Shown here: positions 28,914 to 44,164 of the stretch, in pieces
Layout: each line of letters starts with the position of its first letter
Numbering within the stretch: the first letter of the stretch is position 1
Source: Octopus vulgaris
Taxonomy: Eukaryota
Direction: 5' to 3'
DNA: 64,000 nucleotides
Assembly (NCBI GenBank): GCA_951406725.2
Contig: OX597833.1
Span: 66,092,001 to 66,156,000 of the forward strand
Translations under genes and position numbers: made by a program
The notes under the pieces: model-generated
The model's database searches: none
Seen by the model: the letters and a program-made list of their open reading frames with translations, nothing else
Told to the model about the DNA's origin: nothing

Positions 28914-29665
28914 ATAGGAGAAGGAAAGACCCAGGGAAGGGAAGACAGAGGAAAAAAATCGCCAACGGTACACATGAGGTCACATTTTACATACATACAT
29001 ACCTACATACATATACATACATGAAAGTATACATACATAAGAGTATTCGCATATTCATTTACATTTATACAAACACGTGTGTGTGTGTGTATGGGATATA
29101 TACTTACACTACTACATACATAAAGGCATGCATCCATTCTTTCAGAAATGTAGACATACGTAAGCAAAAACATACAGAGTAACGCATTAGACAATGTACT
29201 TCTAGATGCACACTATGTCTGTCTGAAAAGAAGATAGGAAGTCTATGGTTGCAACAATTTCTAACCGTAGTTCTATACAATGTTAATTTCCTAGGGCTAA
29301 ATAGCAAATAACAGCAAGAACACCAGAGGAATATTGCAATAATTAATTGCTCCTAAAATACAGCAATCCTAGAGTTTACATTTCCACTAAAATATTCACC
29401 GCAATTCCGGAAAATTAAATACCGAATACGATATATTAATTGAGGAAATAAGCGTTTGGAGTTAATCGATCAAATTGATAATTATAATTGTTTCCTTCAT
29501 TATAATTACAGATATATAAATATTTGACAAACATTGCGTATACTAAAATACATGCATACATATATATATAATTATAAATATAATCGATATAAATAATACA
29601 TATGCATATATATTCATATATATACACAGGTATATGCACACATGCTCAATCACAAACATTATATA

Positions 29666-29821
<156 letters not shown>

Positions 29822-29933
29822 GTCAGTCTGAAAAGAAGGCATATGCACACATGCCTCACACACAAATATTATATAATATAATATATATATATATTTATGT
29901 ATGTATGTATGTATGTATGTATGTGTGAATATA

Positions 29934-29993
<60 letters not shown>

Positions 29994-30326
29994 TAATCAT
30001 TTCAAAATAGGGACACCGATTTATTTTTGGTCCTTATTATGTGATACGGCACAAAACAGAAGCCGAACAATTAAAATCAAAATTTTTCCATTGGAAAATT
30101 GCACAGATTTTTGAATGGTAGCGAACGTTAACAAAAGCAAATTGGAAAAATTCTAAACAAGGCAGAGATTCTCTCGGGAAGTAATGCAAACAAATGAAGA
30201 CATCATTACTTGTTGAAATAACAGGGTGGCGGTGGGAGGGGGGGAGTGATTGGCGTTTGTTTTGCAATGGTTGTGGCTTGGCTTTATGCATTCAGTCATT
30301 TCTATACATCCTTTGTTATGTTCGTA

Positions 30327-30388
<62 letters not shown>

Positions 30389-30985
30389 CATGTATATACA
30401 TATATATACATATATACATATACATATATATACATATATATACATATATATATGCATATATATATGCATGCTGTGTGTATTTAAGTGTATAGATATAATA
30501 TATATATATATATATAATGTATAATATATATGTATATATATATATATACTCAAACATATATGCATTCTTGAATGCATATACATATATACATGCATACGCA
30601 TTCATACATACATTCATATATACATATATACATATACATATATACATACACAGAACTATGTATATACCTCTATATGTTATTGTGTATGTATGTCTACATG
30701 TCTGAAAGAATGGATGTATGTCTTTATGTATGCAGTAGTGTATGTATATATCCACATACACACACACTTGTATGAGTGTGTGTGTTTGTATAAATGTAGA
30801 TGAATATGCGTATACTTGTATGTATATATGTATACATGTCTGTACGTATGTATGGATGAATGTATGTGTGTAGGTATGTATGCATGTATACATATCTACA
30901 TTCATATATTTCTACATATATATGCATCTACGTTAATATGTAAGTATATATATATATGTGCGTGTATGTGTGTACGAGCGTGTAA

Positions 30986-31052
<67 letters not shown>

Positions 31053-31054
31053 TA

Positions 31055-31094
<40 letters not shown>

Positions 31095-31760
31095 AGTGTG
31101 TGATTGTGTGTGTGTGTTTTTATTATATGTACATGCATACGTTCAAGAGACAAAACAATGGAAGGACTTTTCACAATGTTGCATTCTAAAATTATAAATA
31201 AGATTTATTGTATATATTATATATCAATATGATGTATTATATATTATATATCAATCGACAATTGTAATGAGTTGCGTGAAGTTCGTTAAAAGGTATGAAC
31301 AAACAAATACGGTATTTCATTAAATCTATGATGTATTGTTCTATATACGCACACATACATGTACATATGGGTATATATATATACATACATACATATATGC
31401 ATATATATATAAATAGATATATGTATGTATACAGAGCAGAGAGAGAGAGAGAGAGATTCATAAATTATATTTTAAAACACTGAATGGCTTTTAAATGATG
31501 GATTGTTCAATCAGAGAATGTGTGAAGTGGTTGTTTTCTTTTAAATCTCAAAATATTTTCAAATGTGCGTATGTATATGTGTATATATATATATGTGTGT
31601 GTGTGTGTGTATGTATATGTATATATATAGAGAGAGAGAGAGAAGGGGCAGAGCGAGGGAGGGAGAGGGAGGGAGCGAGAGAGAGTGACAGACAGATAAA
31701 CAGACAGGCAAGCAGGCAGACAGAGAGGCAGGCGGACAGACAGACAGATAGATAGATAAC

Positions 31761-31833
<73 letters not shown>

Positions 31834-31914
31834 GGATATTCATATATATATATACACTTATCTATGTCTGTATATATATATAAATATGTATATATGAATA
31901 CATATGTATATATA

Positions 31915-31958
<44 letters not shown>

Positions 31959-32068
31959 GGTGTGTGTGCGTGTATGTGTGTATAGTTTATGTATATATGT
32001 ATATAAATATATATATGTGCATATATGCACACATAGAATATACATATACACAGATACATACTGAGTAT

Positions 32069-32147
<79 letters not shown>

Positions 32148-32239
32148 CAGATTATATACATTTGCATTTATTTGCCTATTATACACACACGATGACTCAA
32201 ATTCTCTGTGACTTAGAAATGAAAAAATCCAGATGTGAT

Positions 32240-32945
32240 ATGAGGGAGATTCACCTGCTAATTTTAGCAGGTCGAATGACTATAAACTTAATATTTTGCC
32301 GTCTCAAAGTTCATACGTTTCCTTTATAAGGTTATTGAATGCAATACGAAGGTGATTTGGCTTCTATTTCTAGCCGATCAATCTACCAAAGAAAACCCTA
32401 CCCTGGGTAGATTATTGCCTTTGCTTCTTTTTCTATAAAAATGGAGGATGTAATTTAAGAGTGTTTAATCTAAAGTATTCATCCATTTTTTACAGGTTAA
32501 GATGTAATTCAGATTAGACTTAGCTGCTATTTCCAGTCAGCCGAGCTACCACTTACAGATTACTACGTACGCTTAAAGCCTATACCTTTTATACAAGTAT
32601 AACGGAGACTTGGCTGCTATTTCTAGCGACTGTTGCTCGGGCCGCTAGAAAGTTGTCTAAAAGTTAAGATTTTTATAAGAATATAACATACACGGTGAAG
32701 GAAATTTGGCTGTTATTTTTAGCTAGTCGAGCTGCCTTATACGGGCCGTTGTATTGGTTAAAAATCCGTCCTAATTTATAAGAATATAATGTGCAAGATG
32801 ATGATTTGGTTGCTAGGGAGGAAATTTAGCTGCTGTTTCTAGCGTTTAAAGCTTAAAGTCCATGTCTTTTATAAGAATAGAATAGAGGAATAGAATTTAC
32901 CTGCTATTTTTAGCGTGTCGGGTGACCACGTAAACACTAGCGCGT
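32240..32945 (+). repeat. Degenerate array of a gatttggctgctatttctagc-core repeat
   Basis: At least 7 variants at irregular ~65-170 bp spacing. Further copies occur near 33410, 35920, 40045, 40205 and (minus) 21275. Confidence 0.7.
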
Positions 32946-32962
32946 TGGCTTTCGGTCCATAC

Positions 32963-33370
32963 TTTTCGTTCTTTTATTCTTTTCTTTTACTTGTTTCAGT
33001 CATTTGACTGCGGCCATGCTGGAGCACCGCCTTTAGTCGAGCAAATCGACCCCGGGACTTATTCTTTGTAAGCCCAGTACTTATTCTATCGGTCTGATTT
33101 GCCGAACCGCTAAGTTACGGGGACGTAAACATACCAGCATCGGTTGTCAAGCAATGCTAGGGGGACAAACACAAACACACACACACACACACACATATAC
33201 ATATATACGACAGGCTTCTTTCAGTTTCCGTCTACCAAATCCACTCACAAGGCATTGGTCGGCCCGGGTCTATAGCAGAAGACACTTGCCCAAGATGCTA
33301 CGCAGTGGGACTGAACCCGGAACCATGTGGTTGGTTAGCAAGTTACTTACCACACAACCACTCCTGCGCC
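32963..33370 (-). mobile_element. Full-length tRNA-derived SINE, family B (CORE-like; octopus OR-type)
   Basis: Minus: ggcgcaggagtgg...ggttccgggttcagtccc...internal (AT/GT)n...gcggtgctccagcatggccgcagtcaaatgactgaaacaagtaaaaga. Confidence 0.92.
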
Positions 33371-33821
33371 TTATACGTTGTATAAAAAATATAACATTGT
33401 ATTATAACGGAGATTTAGTTGCTGTTATCAGCATATCAGCCAAGCATGTACCTACTTCCTCGCTAATGAAACAATATCCGATGATTTTCGTTAATTATTA
33501 GAGACATGTTTAAAGCTTAGCTATTATTAAAAATTCTTCAAAACGCATTGATAAGTTTTGAATAATTTACAGAGGAAGAAATTAAGATTTCACTCAGTCA
33601 CATTGCTTTGCACCTGATCACTGCGAAAATGCAGAAGAGATTACGGGGGAATTATTAACAGAGAACTAACATTTGGATATCGGATTAACAATCAGGAATG
33701 AAAGAAACGCGAGAAAATATCAATGATGTAATTTATAAGTGTCTCTGTGTATGTGTATGTCTGTATATGTGTGTGTGCGTGCATTTGTGTTTGCATATAT
33801 ATATATATATATAAGTGCGAG

Positions 33822-33867
<46 letters not shown>

Positions 33868-34181
33868 CATACATATATATATATAAATATATATATATGT
33901 ACGTATGTATTTATAAATGTGTATGTATGTATATATGAATGTGTGTGTATGTATATCTATATATGTGTATATACTGTTTATAAATATACATAAATATACA
34001 AATACGTATGCACATTTAAGTACCTATGTATTTATGTATGCATACTAATTGTGTGTGAGTGTGTGTGTGGACATGTATATATCGATACAAGTATGCGTAT
34101 ATGCCAAATATATATATATATATATATGCATATATATGCATATTTATATATATACATGTGCATATATATATATATATGTAC

Positions 34182-34244
<63 letters not shown>

Positions 34245-34544
34245 TGTGTGTGTGTGCATGTACATATAAATATATGTACATTTACATATATATGTTTATG
34301 TAGATATAATTGATAAGTACATATGATGAGAGAGAAATAGGAATAGAGTGTGAGAGAAGTGCGAAAGACAATATACTTTTTAAACAGGTAGTGCAGAATT
34401 TTACAAACTATATCTAATCGTAAATAAAGACAAAAATCACCGTGAATGAGTTTAACATTTGCAAAAATAAATAAATATATAAACTATGCGAAAAGCAGTG
34501 CACTGTAAACTGGAATATGATTATATTGACTGAAAATTAAGAAG

Positions 34545-35512
34545 AAAAATAACGTTATATAATATTCAAAATGGCGATATAACGTGATATAGAATTCAAA
34601 ATGGTGGTATGGCGTTAAAAACATTTGAAAATGTTGGCTTGACGTTAAAAAACATTTCAAAACAGTGGTATGACGTTAAAAGCATTTCGAAATGTCAGAA
34701 TAAAGTTTAAAGTATTTCAAAATGGAGGATTAACGTTGGAAATATTCCAAAAAGGCGGTGTGATATTAAAAACATTTCAAAATGACAAATTGGAGGCTTA
34801 AAATATTACAACATGGTGGTATGATATTAAAAATATTTCAGAATGTTGATATAATCTAAAAGATATTTCAGATTGATATTATGACGTTCAAAGTCTTTCA
34901 AAATGGTGGTGTGACGTTAAAATATTTCAAATTGACAGTATGACGTTCAAAATAATCACTTGACCATTTGGATAAAATTATTAGATCTAACATCTTAGTT
35001 TGTTTTCTATATTCTGTGTTTTTCATGAAATCTGAGATTAAGCGTTGTCATAAGTTACCTCCTTGGCTCCAGTAGAGAAACTGTAAAAGGCGTTTCCCCC
35101 GAGGATGGTAAGAGAGATGCGCTGAAACAACCATTCTGACTCACGGTATAACGTCAAAAATATTTGAAAACGTTTGAATGACGTTAAAATTATTTCAAAC
35201 TCTCGAAATAAAATTTAAAATATTCCTAAATGGTAAATATAGCGTTAAAATATTTTAAAATGCCCGAATGGCCTTTAGAATATTTCAAGATGGCGGTATA
35301 CTCTTTTACTCTTTTACTTGTTTCAGTCATTTGACTGTGGCCATGCTGGGGCACCGCCTTTAGTCGAGCAAATCGACCCCATGACTTATTCGTTGTAAGC
35401 CTAGTACTTATTCTATCAGTCTCTTTTGCCAAACCGCTAGGTTACGGGGACGTAAACACACCAGCATCGGTTATCAAGCAATGTTGGGGGGACAAACACA
35501 GACACACAACAT

Positions 35513-35589
<77 letters not shown>

Positions 35590-35885
35590 CGGTGGGCTTC
35601 TTTCAGTTTCTGTCTACCAAATCCACTCACAAGGCTTTGGTCGGCCTGAGGCTATAGTAGAAGATACTTGCCCAAGGTGCCACGCAGTGGGACTAAACCC
35701 GGAACCATGTGGTTGGTAAGCAATCACTTACCACACAGCCTATGACGTTAAAAATATTTCAACATCTCGGTATGGCATTAAAAATACTTGAAATTATTTA
35801 GATACTTTTAAAATATTTCAGAATGGTAGTATGACGCTAAAGATATTTCCAAATGGTGGCGTGACGTTGAAACGTTTTAAATGTT
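34545..35885 (+). repeat. Diverged ~30-bp minisatellite (consensus ~atgacgttaaaaatatttcaaaatggtggt), interrupted
   Basis: About 14 units at 34550-34955, ~5 at 35146-35300 and ~5 at 35741-35885. A SINE is inserted at 35301-35740. Confidence 0.85.
35301..35740 (-). mobile_element. Family-B SINE
   Basis: Highly similar to 32963-33370 and 61557-62018. Confidence 0.92.
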
Positions 35886-36117
35886 TTTACGGAAAAAATG
35901 TCAGTGTTGAACTGAACAGATTTGGCTGTTATGTTTAGCAGGTTGGATGACCAAATTGAAACTAGCATTCTTTCTAATATTCTGATATTTTTATTAGTGT
36001 CTACTTTTAGATTGACTCTGATGGATCAGGCTGCAGACTTATAATCAAAAGCGTTCCAGACATGACCATTCCGTATTTTATTTAGATATAGAAATCTAAG
36101 ACATGATTTTCCAGTAC

Positions 36118-36183
<66 letters not shown>

Positions 36184-36599
36184 GCGTGCGCGTGTGTGTG
36201 TTTATGTGTTGTACACAAACACCTCCGTTTAAAAGATCGGTGTTGTATTATCAGTGTTACTTAGCCATTCGCTAAACAGACATCGCTAAAATATGAAATA
36301 GTTACAAGAATCGAACTGACAGATTAAGAGCTCTTAAAGATGATACTGCAGTATGGCTGCAGTCCAAGGATCGAAACTCGTGAAAGAATAAAAGAATGTA
36401 GAAAGCAAGAATAAAATAATTGAATTCTTTTGCCAAAAAAAAACAAAAAACTGAGGGTTCTGCTATTGTTGGGGAATATTCGAAACATCAATGTTTGATA
36501 TCGATCTGATCTAATCAAACCATGTAATAAGATGTGTGATATTGTTCTCACCAGCAACGATATAGAACTGATATAGATCGTTTCAGCATTATTATCAAA

Positions 36600-36905
36600 A
36601 CCATTATGGACTACAGAATATATGTAGGGAATTTTAGCCAACATTGTGTGTGATAGACAGATGTTAACAATTTGTCTTCGCATGCGATCTCGTTGCCTTC
36701 TTATACAATAGCAACGAAAGAAAACATTGTTAAATCAACTGTTAATTTATTATTATCAAGACTATTATGTATGATAGAATATATCTATAGATTTTAGCCA
36801 GCATTGTCCGTTATAAACAGATGTAAACAACTTGTCTTTATATACGATATAGTTGCCTTCGTATACAGTAGCATTGAAAGAAAACACCGTTAAACCGACC
36901 GTAAT
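36600..36905. repeat. Diverged ~161-bp tandem duplication
   Basis: ttagcc(a/g)..cattgt...cagatgt.aacaa.ttgtctt...gttgccttc.tataca.tagca..gaaagaaaaca occurs at ~36633 and ~36794. Confidence 0.75.
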
Positions 36906-37205
36906 CGAGTATTGCCAAGAATATTCAATATAATCAATCACAAGTATATTGATCGAATTTCTCCTAGCAATATATTTTAGCAAAGGACAATATGTGTTCG
37001 TCAGTTTTGATGCAGAATAGTAAGATAGATGATACGTTACACTGAAGAACTTTTATCTTCTCTTGATGTGATCACAAAACAATTTTTCCCAATGAACGTT
37101 TGGATATAAAAGTCGGCATGTCACCCCTAATATAATTCAATGTCGCAAGGTATTATTTTTATTATTTTTTTCTGATTCGATGTTGAGCATATAAAGCCAA
37201 GCAAA

Positions 37206-37440
37206 GTTAATAATAGGTTTAAATCAGATGTGAGAAACAGGCCCCCATATCAGCAGTTAATAGGACCAGACCAGATTTGATATATAGGCCTCATTTGAAA
37301 TTAAAATAGGCAAAGACCCGAAATGAGGCGTCGGCTCCATTTCGCGTGTTAATAGGCCGAGGTCAGATGTGAAAATATTGGCCCCTTTTCAACTGTTAAT
37401 AGACTCAGGTCAGATGTTAGATTTAGGCTCCGTGTCATCA
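37206..37440 (+). repeat. Diverged ~46-bp minisatellite, 5 units
   Basis: Units start gttaatag at ~37206, 37256, 37301, 37348 and 37395, with cagatgt and ggc(c/t)cc motifs. Confidence 0.7.
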
Positions 37441-37652
37441 TTCTTCCTCTACTGCCACCGCCGCCGCCACCACCATCACCACCACAAAACTCCAACAAAA
37501 CAAAAAAAAACATGGGTTTAGTCTTGCCCCGATTGACTAAATCATAAATAAGATTTGTTTAATACAGTTCTATATTTAAGAGATGAGGAATTATGTACAT
37601 TATTTACATCATTTACATTCGATGGATATTTGTCCTCATCTTGTTTGTTGTT

Positions 37653-37698
37653 AACACAACGTTTCGGCTGATATACCCTGCAGCCTTCTTCAGGTTTC
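37653..37698 (-). ncRNA. Minimal hammerhead ribozyme in a second copy (37566-37741) of the 118-369 family
   Basis: Minus: gaaac CUGAAGA A GGCUG-caggguauau-CAGCC GAAAC GUU^ GUGUU. Stem II is identical to 169-210 while the loop differs; stem I has one mismatch. Confidence 0.7.
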
Positions 37699-37741
37699 TT
37701 GGGGAAATTTCGAACCTGGGTTCACATTCCTAAGGTATTTT

Positions 37742-38160
37742 ATGTATGTATGCAGATTTGTATGTTTGTTCTATGTATGTATTCTTATGCATATAGTTGC
37801 ATATCCAGACATGCTCATAAATATTTAAATGATAAACTTCTGAAAAGTTTTTCAGATTTTTACAGTTCCAGTGATGGATTAGATCTGTGGTCTTCGAAGT
37901 AGCTTTCTCCTTTCTGTTCCTGAGAAGCCCAATTTCTGAAGATTGGTACTTAGGCAGTGTGTTACATATCCCAAGGCCTCAATAATTACAGGTATAGACC
38001 TGAACTTGTAATCTGGATAATCCGGATATATATGTATGTATGTATATATGTTTAATGTATGTATTCTTTCTGGTTTTGAGAAGCCTAATTTTTCAAGATT
38101 AGTATTTAAGCAGCGTGTTGCATATCCCAGGGCCCCAATAATTACAGGTATAAACTTGGA
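37742..38160 (-). pseudogene. Two 3' fragments of an RLE-type (R4/Dong-like) non-LTR element
   Basis: Minus: YPDYKFRSIPVIIEALGYVTHCLSTNLQKLGFSGTERRKLLRRPQI*SITGTVKI*KTFQKFII* (38019-37825) and FIPVIIGALGYATRCLNTNLEKLGFSKPER (~38157-38066); (CATA)n-like tails. Confidence 0.8.
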
Positions 38161-38755
38161 CTATGTATGTATGTGTTTATGTATAGACATGCTTACGAAT
38201 AAATGAATAAGTGAATGGATGGATGGATGAATGGATGGCTGGGTGGATGGATGGATGGGTGGATTGATGGATGGATGGATGGATGGATGGATGGATGGAT
38301 GGAAGTATGGATGGATGGCCGGATATACATCCAAAGTGATGGTTGCAGCCGTTGCTCTTCCAATCGAACCAAGAAAAATGTATTTCCATTTGGTTTTCAA
38401 ATTGGTGGCTCCATCGGTTGGTCCAATTCCTAGTGGAAGTGTCAACGCTTTTCGGAACGCAAAGATTTGTGCCTTCTGGTAAACTGTCGGTTCCACTAAT
38501 CAAATGTCTTCGGTTTTAAATTCATTTTCTCGACCAGGGATGGATAAAATGTAAGGTTGACTTCGGTGCGATTTGAACACGGAGTAAAAAGCGTTAGAAC
38601 AAAATTCTACCAGGTATAATATGAAACACTATAACGAATTCGCCATTTCACCGCCTTTGAGTAGCATTTGTGAGTGTGTTGTGTGTATGTGTGTATATGT
38701 GCGTGCGTGCGTTTAATATATTTATATGTGTGTGCGTACGTATATTTAGAATAAT

Positions 38756-38787
<32 letters not shown>

Positions 38788-38925
38788 AGTAAAAACATGC
38801 ATAAATAGATATATAGATATATATATGCATGTATATTTATAATGTATATACATATATAAATATATATATAAACATATATATACATTAATACATGTATATA
38901 CATATATACATAAATATATAGATAT

Positions 38926-38956
<31 letters not shown>

Positions 38957-38992
38957 TAGATATAAATACATATATATATATATACACACATA

Positions 38993-39058
<66 letters not shown>

Positions 39059-39121
39059 ATATATCCGTACATGCATATACATACGTAGAGAAACAGATAA
39101 ACGGACAGATGTATCTGTGTA

Positions 39122-39173
<52 letters not shown>

Positions 39174-40721
39174 GTGGGCACGCTTGTGTGTGTGTGTATG
39201 TGTGTGCGTGCAGCTAATATTACCCGATAGATTTGCTTAAAGAATTAGTGAACTCCGTTCGACGTGACGTATGCAAAAACATGGCAGAAACTGGCGTAAA
39301 AGAAGAGTCCATTGATGAAGACAGAGACCTCTGCAGTCGCAGACTGGAGATTTCTTTAGTTTCCTATTATGGTCGGTTTATTCATGCAAACAAAACTCAT
39401 TTCTCTTCGCAAACACATCCGAATATATTCTGTAATTGGTTCATTTGTGTGTTTGTGTGTGCTTTTAATCTGGGCAACACGTTAAGTAAATATTTGAACA
39501 AAGAATGTAATGGAAGAATATGAAGCGTTCTCTTTGATAACCGCCATTGCTATCGTCGTCGTCATCGTCATCGTCGTCGTCGTCGTCGTAGTCGTAGCCG
39601 CCGCCATCATTGATATTGTTTTTGTTGATATTGTTTTTGTTTGATATTGTTTTCTTTGTTTTTGTTGCTTTTTCATTATGTTGTCAATTCTTATTTTATT
39701 TTTTTTAACCTTCAGTTCAAATCAGATCGAACATATCTTAGATTAAGGATATTCCAAGCGTGACCAACTCGTCTTATGATTCAGTAGCATTTTTTGTTGG
39801 GTTTTTTGTTTCAAAAATAATAACAAAAGACATTCTTGTTGTTATTTTTCTTTAAACGCCATCGCCGCTGGTACCACCACCGCCGCCGCCGCCTCCACCA
39901 AGTCAGCTTTGATCCAGCAGATATATAAAGACATCCCAGCCGTGGCCACCACACCATTTTATTCAGATACACTTAGTCTTAGACCACACTGCTCTTTCTA
40001 TCCTTCCTTCTTTTAAGACCGCAAGCTGCTCTGATTTGAAGAACATTAGGCTATTATTTCTAGCACATCAGTGCTCCTGCCACAGACTCATTTGTATAAT
40101 TTGTATAGCACGCCATTTTAATGAAACTTATTCTTTTATTTGTTTATGTCATGTGACTGCAGCCTTTAGTCGAGCGCCTTTTGTCGAGCACAGTATTCGA
40201 GGAGTTCGACTGCTATTTCTAGCTGATTCAGTGTGTTGTAGAGGGAAAAGTCTTGATCAGTTACTTTTCTGTTCATGTTTCTTTCACCTTTTACCTTTTA
40301 GTTGCTACAGTCATTGGACTGCGGCCATACTGGAGCACCGCCTCCTGGTATTTATTGCATCGTTCTCTTTTGCCGAACCTTCCTGTTACGGTGACGTAAA
40401 CACACCAACGCCGGTTGCCAAGCGATGTTGATAATGGACAAACGCAAACACAAAACACACATATGCACACACATATACATGCATACATACATACACACGC
40501 AGGCATATGAGTGTGTCTATGTGTGTCTATCTGTGTATTTGTGTGTGTGTCTGTGTGTGTCTGTCTGTGTGTTTGTGTGTGTATCTATGTGTCTGTGTGT
40601 ATGTCTGTGTGTTTGTGTGTGTGTGTCAATGTGTCTGTGTGTGTCTATGTGGTGTGTGTGTGTGCATGTGAGTGTGTATGTGTGTCTGCGTATGTGTCTG
40701 CCTGCGTCTGTCTGTGTGCTT

Positions 40722-40958
40722 AATGGTTAGGGTGTTGAACTCATGATCGTATGGTTGTGGTTTCGATTCCTGGACCGGGTGACACGTTTTGTTCTTGAGC
40801 AAAACGCATCATTTCACGTTGCTCCAGTTCACTCAGCTGGCAAAAGGGAGTAATCCTGCGACGAACCGGCGTCCCATCCAGGTGGGGGAATTTCTACACC
40901 ACTGAAACCAGGAAACCGGCCCTTATGCGCCTGGCATAGCTTGAGAAGGAAGATTTAT

Positions 40959-40965
<7 letters not shown>
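40722..40965 (+). mobile_element. Family-D SINE
   Basis: Similar to 20626-20880. Flanked by family-B halves on minus (40290-40450 and 41000-41128), i.e. probably inserted into the internal microsatellite of a family-B copy. Confidence 0.8.
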
Positions 40966-40997
<32 letters not shown>

Positions 40998-42099
40998 AGA
41001 CCAAATCCATTCACCAGGCTTTGGTCGGTCCGGAGCTTCAGTAGAAGATACTTGCCCCAAAGCGCCACCTTGTGGAACTGAACTCAGAACCATGTAGTTG
41101 TAAGACAACGTTCTTATACCACAGCTACGTTGACACATCGTGGGGGGGGGGGGAAGGGTCCGCAAAATTAAGATAGATAAGACATGCTGTGAAGAAAGAA
41201 TGAAATTACAAAAGAAGGAAAAATAGGGAACGAAAAAATAGATGGAAAAATGAATTATTATGAATCATAAGCGTAAATATTTCACGTGAATTTGAGAATA
41301 AGCTTGGATTTTTATAAAAATTATAGAAATCTATTTGCTATATTCCAGTCAATGCTAACGTGATTAACGCAGAGGTAGGCGTTTCGAAAACGCCAAAAAC
41401 TGAAGATTTCAAGCTAGCAATTGTAACAGAAGACTGATTGTTCGTGCAGTAAAAGAAAGAAATCTACAATCTTTCGTCCGTAGTCTTGGCAACAAAAGCA
41501 AGAATATTTATTATATGATTCCTCCTAGACAAAAGGAACTGGAACTTGGCATTGTTAAACGATCGCTACTAATGCATAAGGAGATTAATGCTGTGCTTTT
41601 AACCAAAATCCAAAACAAAACCAAAGAAAAAATATATATACACAAAAGAAAACCATGGTGTATAAACGCATGTATAGCAGATAGCAGTTACACAAAAGAA
41701 AAGAAATTGTGAAACAATTCCAACGAAATCCGTATTGTTCTCCATAGTTCTAGAATGTTCTCAATCCTCTACTAAAAATAGTATTTTACTTGCAAGAAAC
41801 CATAAAATAAAATAACACACACATACACACACATAGCACACACACACACACATACAAACACACACACACAGAAAAATAATAAAGACAACATCCACGCGAA
41901 GAACACGATAATTCTAACGCTCGTTTGGTTTCGCAAAGTATACCAAATACTATGGCATCAAAGAATAAGAAATAACATGTTAGATCTTTGAGTAAAAAAA
42001 ATAATAATAATAATAAAATCTACTGTTAGTCGATAGATAACACACTGGTACGTTTAGTAAGGGAAGTCTGTGATTATATACCGTCTTCAATTTGTACAT

Positions 42100-42264
<165 letters not shown>

Positions 42265-42452
42265 TATCTTTTTCTACTTCCTCTTTCTCTTCCACTGGTT
42301 CTTTGGTATATTTGCAATACATACAATAAATAAATATACATGTATATGTATATGTATGTATGTATGTATGTATATATGGATGGATGGATGGATGGAGGAA
42401 TGAACGTATGAATGTATGTATGTTTTTATGTATGTATGTTTGTATATATATA

Positions 42453-42564
<112 letters not shown>

Positions 42565-42702
42565 TGTTAATTTATATATATGTGTGTGCGTGTCTGTATA
42601 TTAAAGTTTGTGTGTGTATAGCACAAACATAATAATAAAAATAAACTCATAATAAAAACATAATAAAAACAACAGCAACAATAACAGCAATAGATAACAA
42701 TG

Positions 42703-42827
<125 letters not shown>

Positions 42828-43063
42828 CATGATAAACGTTAACTACATCCTGTGCAAAAAAAAGAAAGAAAGAAAAGAAAAAGCGAAGTTGCCTCAGGGG
42901 AAAGAAACGAGAGGGAGTCGAAGAGGAGAAGATTTTTGGTATCAAAACAATTGTTTATTGTATTTGGTGTTATCGCGAAAGAATTCCATGTCGGTACGGG
43001 TCATTGGAAGCGATTGTGATTCACTGAATATCTAGGTAACAACAATATCACACTTTACATATG

Positions 43064-43108
<45 letters not shown>

Positions 43109-43124
43109 TTTATGTATATATAAA

Positions 43125-43188
<64 letters not shown>

Positions 43189-43210
43189 TGTATGTATATA
43201 CAAATATATG

Positions 43211-43250
<40 letters not shown>

Positions 43251-43422
43251 CATATATATATGCATGTATGTACATATATGATATATATATATATATATAT
43301 ATGTATATATGTGTGTATATATATATTTAATTGAGTGTGCATGCACCTATATATATGTGTGTGTATATGTGTATATATATAAATATATATATATACATAC
43401 ATACATAAATGTGTGTATAGAC

Positions 43423-43465
<43 letters not shown>

Positions 43466-43749
43466 CATTTCGCTTTACAATTGAAGAAGTATAAACACTT
43501 GCGCGTGCGTATGTCTGCTTGCGTATGCCTGTGCATGCGCATGCGTATGTGTGCAGGAGTACACGTGAGTGTGTGTGTGTTTGTGTGTGCTTCCTGCAAG
43601 GATCATTCTTCTTCTGTCATAAGAAATACCAACATTACAAATAAGAAAAGTAAAGATAGAAACACACGGAAACGAGAAAAATCGAACGACTATGACGACA
43701 CCCTCACAACCCACAGACACATACACACACACATGCACACACACTCATG

Positions 43750-43816
<67 letters not shown>

Positions 43817-43818
<2 letters not shown>

Positions 43819-43990
43819 GAGGGACAAACATCCCGAAACTAGTTCGAGCGTATCACTCAGGCTTGCGAGGAAGGGATGGCCTCCCTTTGCAAATACTCCA
43901 AAGACACAGATATTGTGTTTAGAGCCAGCTAGAGACGAAGATCTCTTGGGGCTATAAAGCTACAGTAACAACCCCCTCCCCAATGTGGTT
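43817..43990 (+). mobile_element. 5'-truncated hammerhead-bearing repeat (family of 44660-44890 and 46590-46895)
   Basis: (AT)n-ACGA GGGA-caaaca-UCCC GAAAC-UA-GUU, followed by the shared ggcctccctttgcaaata...agccagct...ggggcta motif. Confidence 0.6.
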
Positions 43991-44121
43991 AGCCATGATA
44001 AGATGGCTTCTATACTTTACATTATCGAGCGATTACTGTTTCAATCTCATTCTGAGATTTAATTATGCTTACTGTTCGTCTTTCGACATCAGTGGCAGAC
44101 GCCATTAGAAAAACTTATATC

Positions 44122-44164
<43 letters not shown>

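Noticed and set aside
32240-35885. CRISPR-like periodicity
   Set aside because: Eukaryotic context, degenerate repeats, no cas genes, and no constant repeat with unique spacers.
39233-39360. ORF start resembling an RTE C-terminus (VRRDV...GVKEE...DRD)
   Set aside because: Similarity too weak to support without a search.
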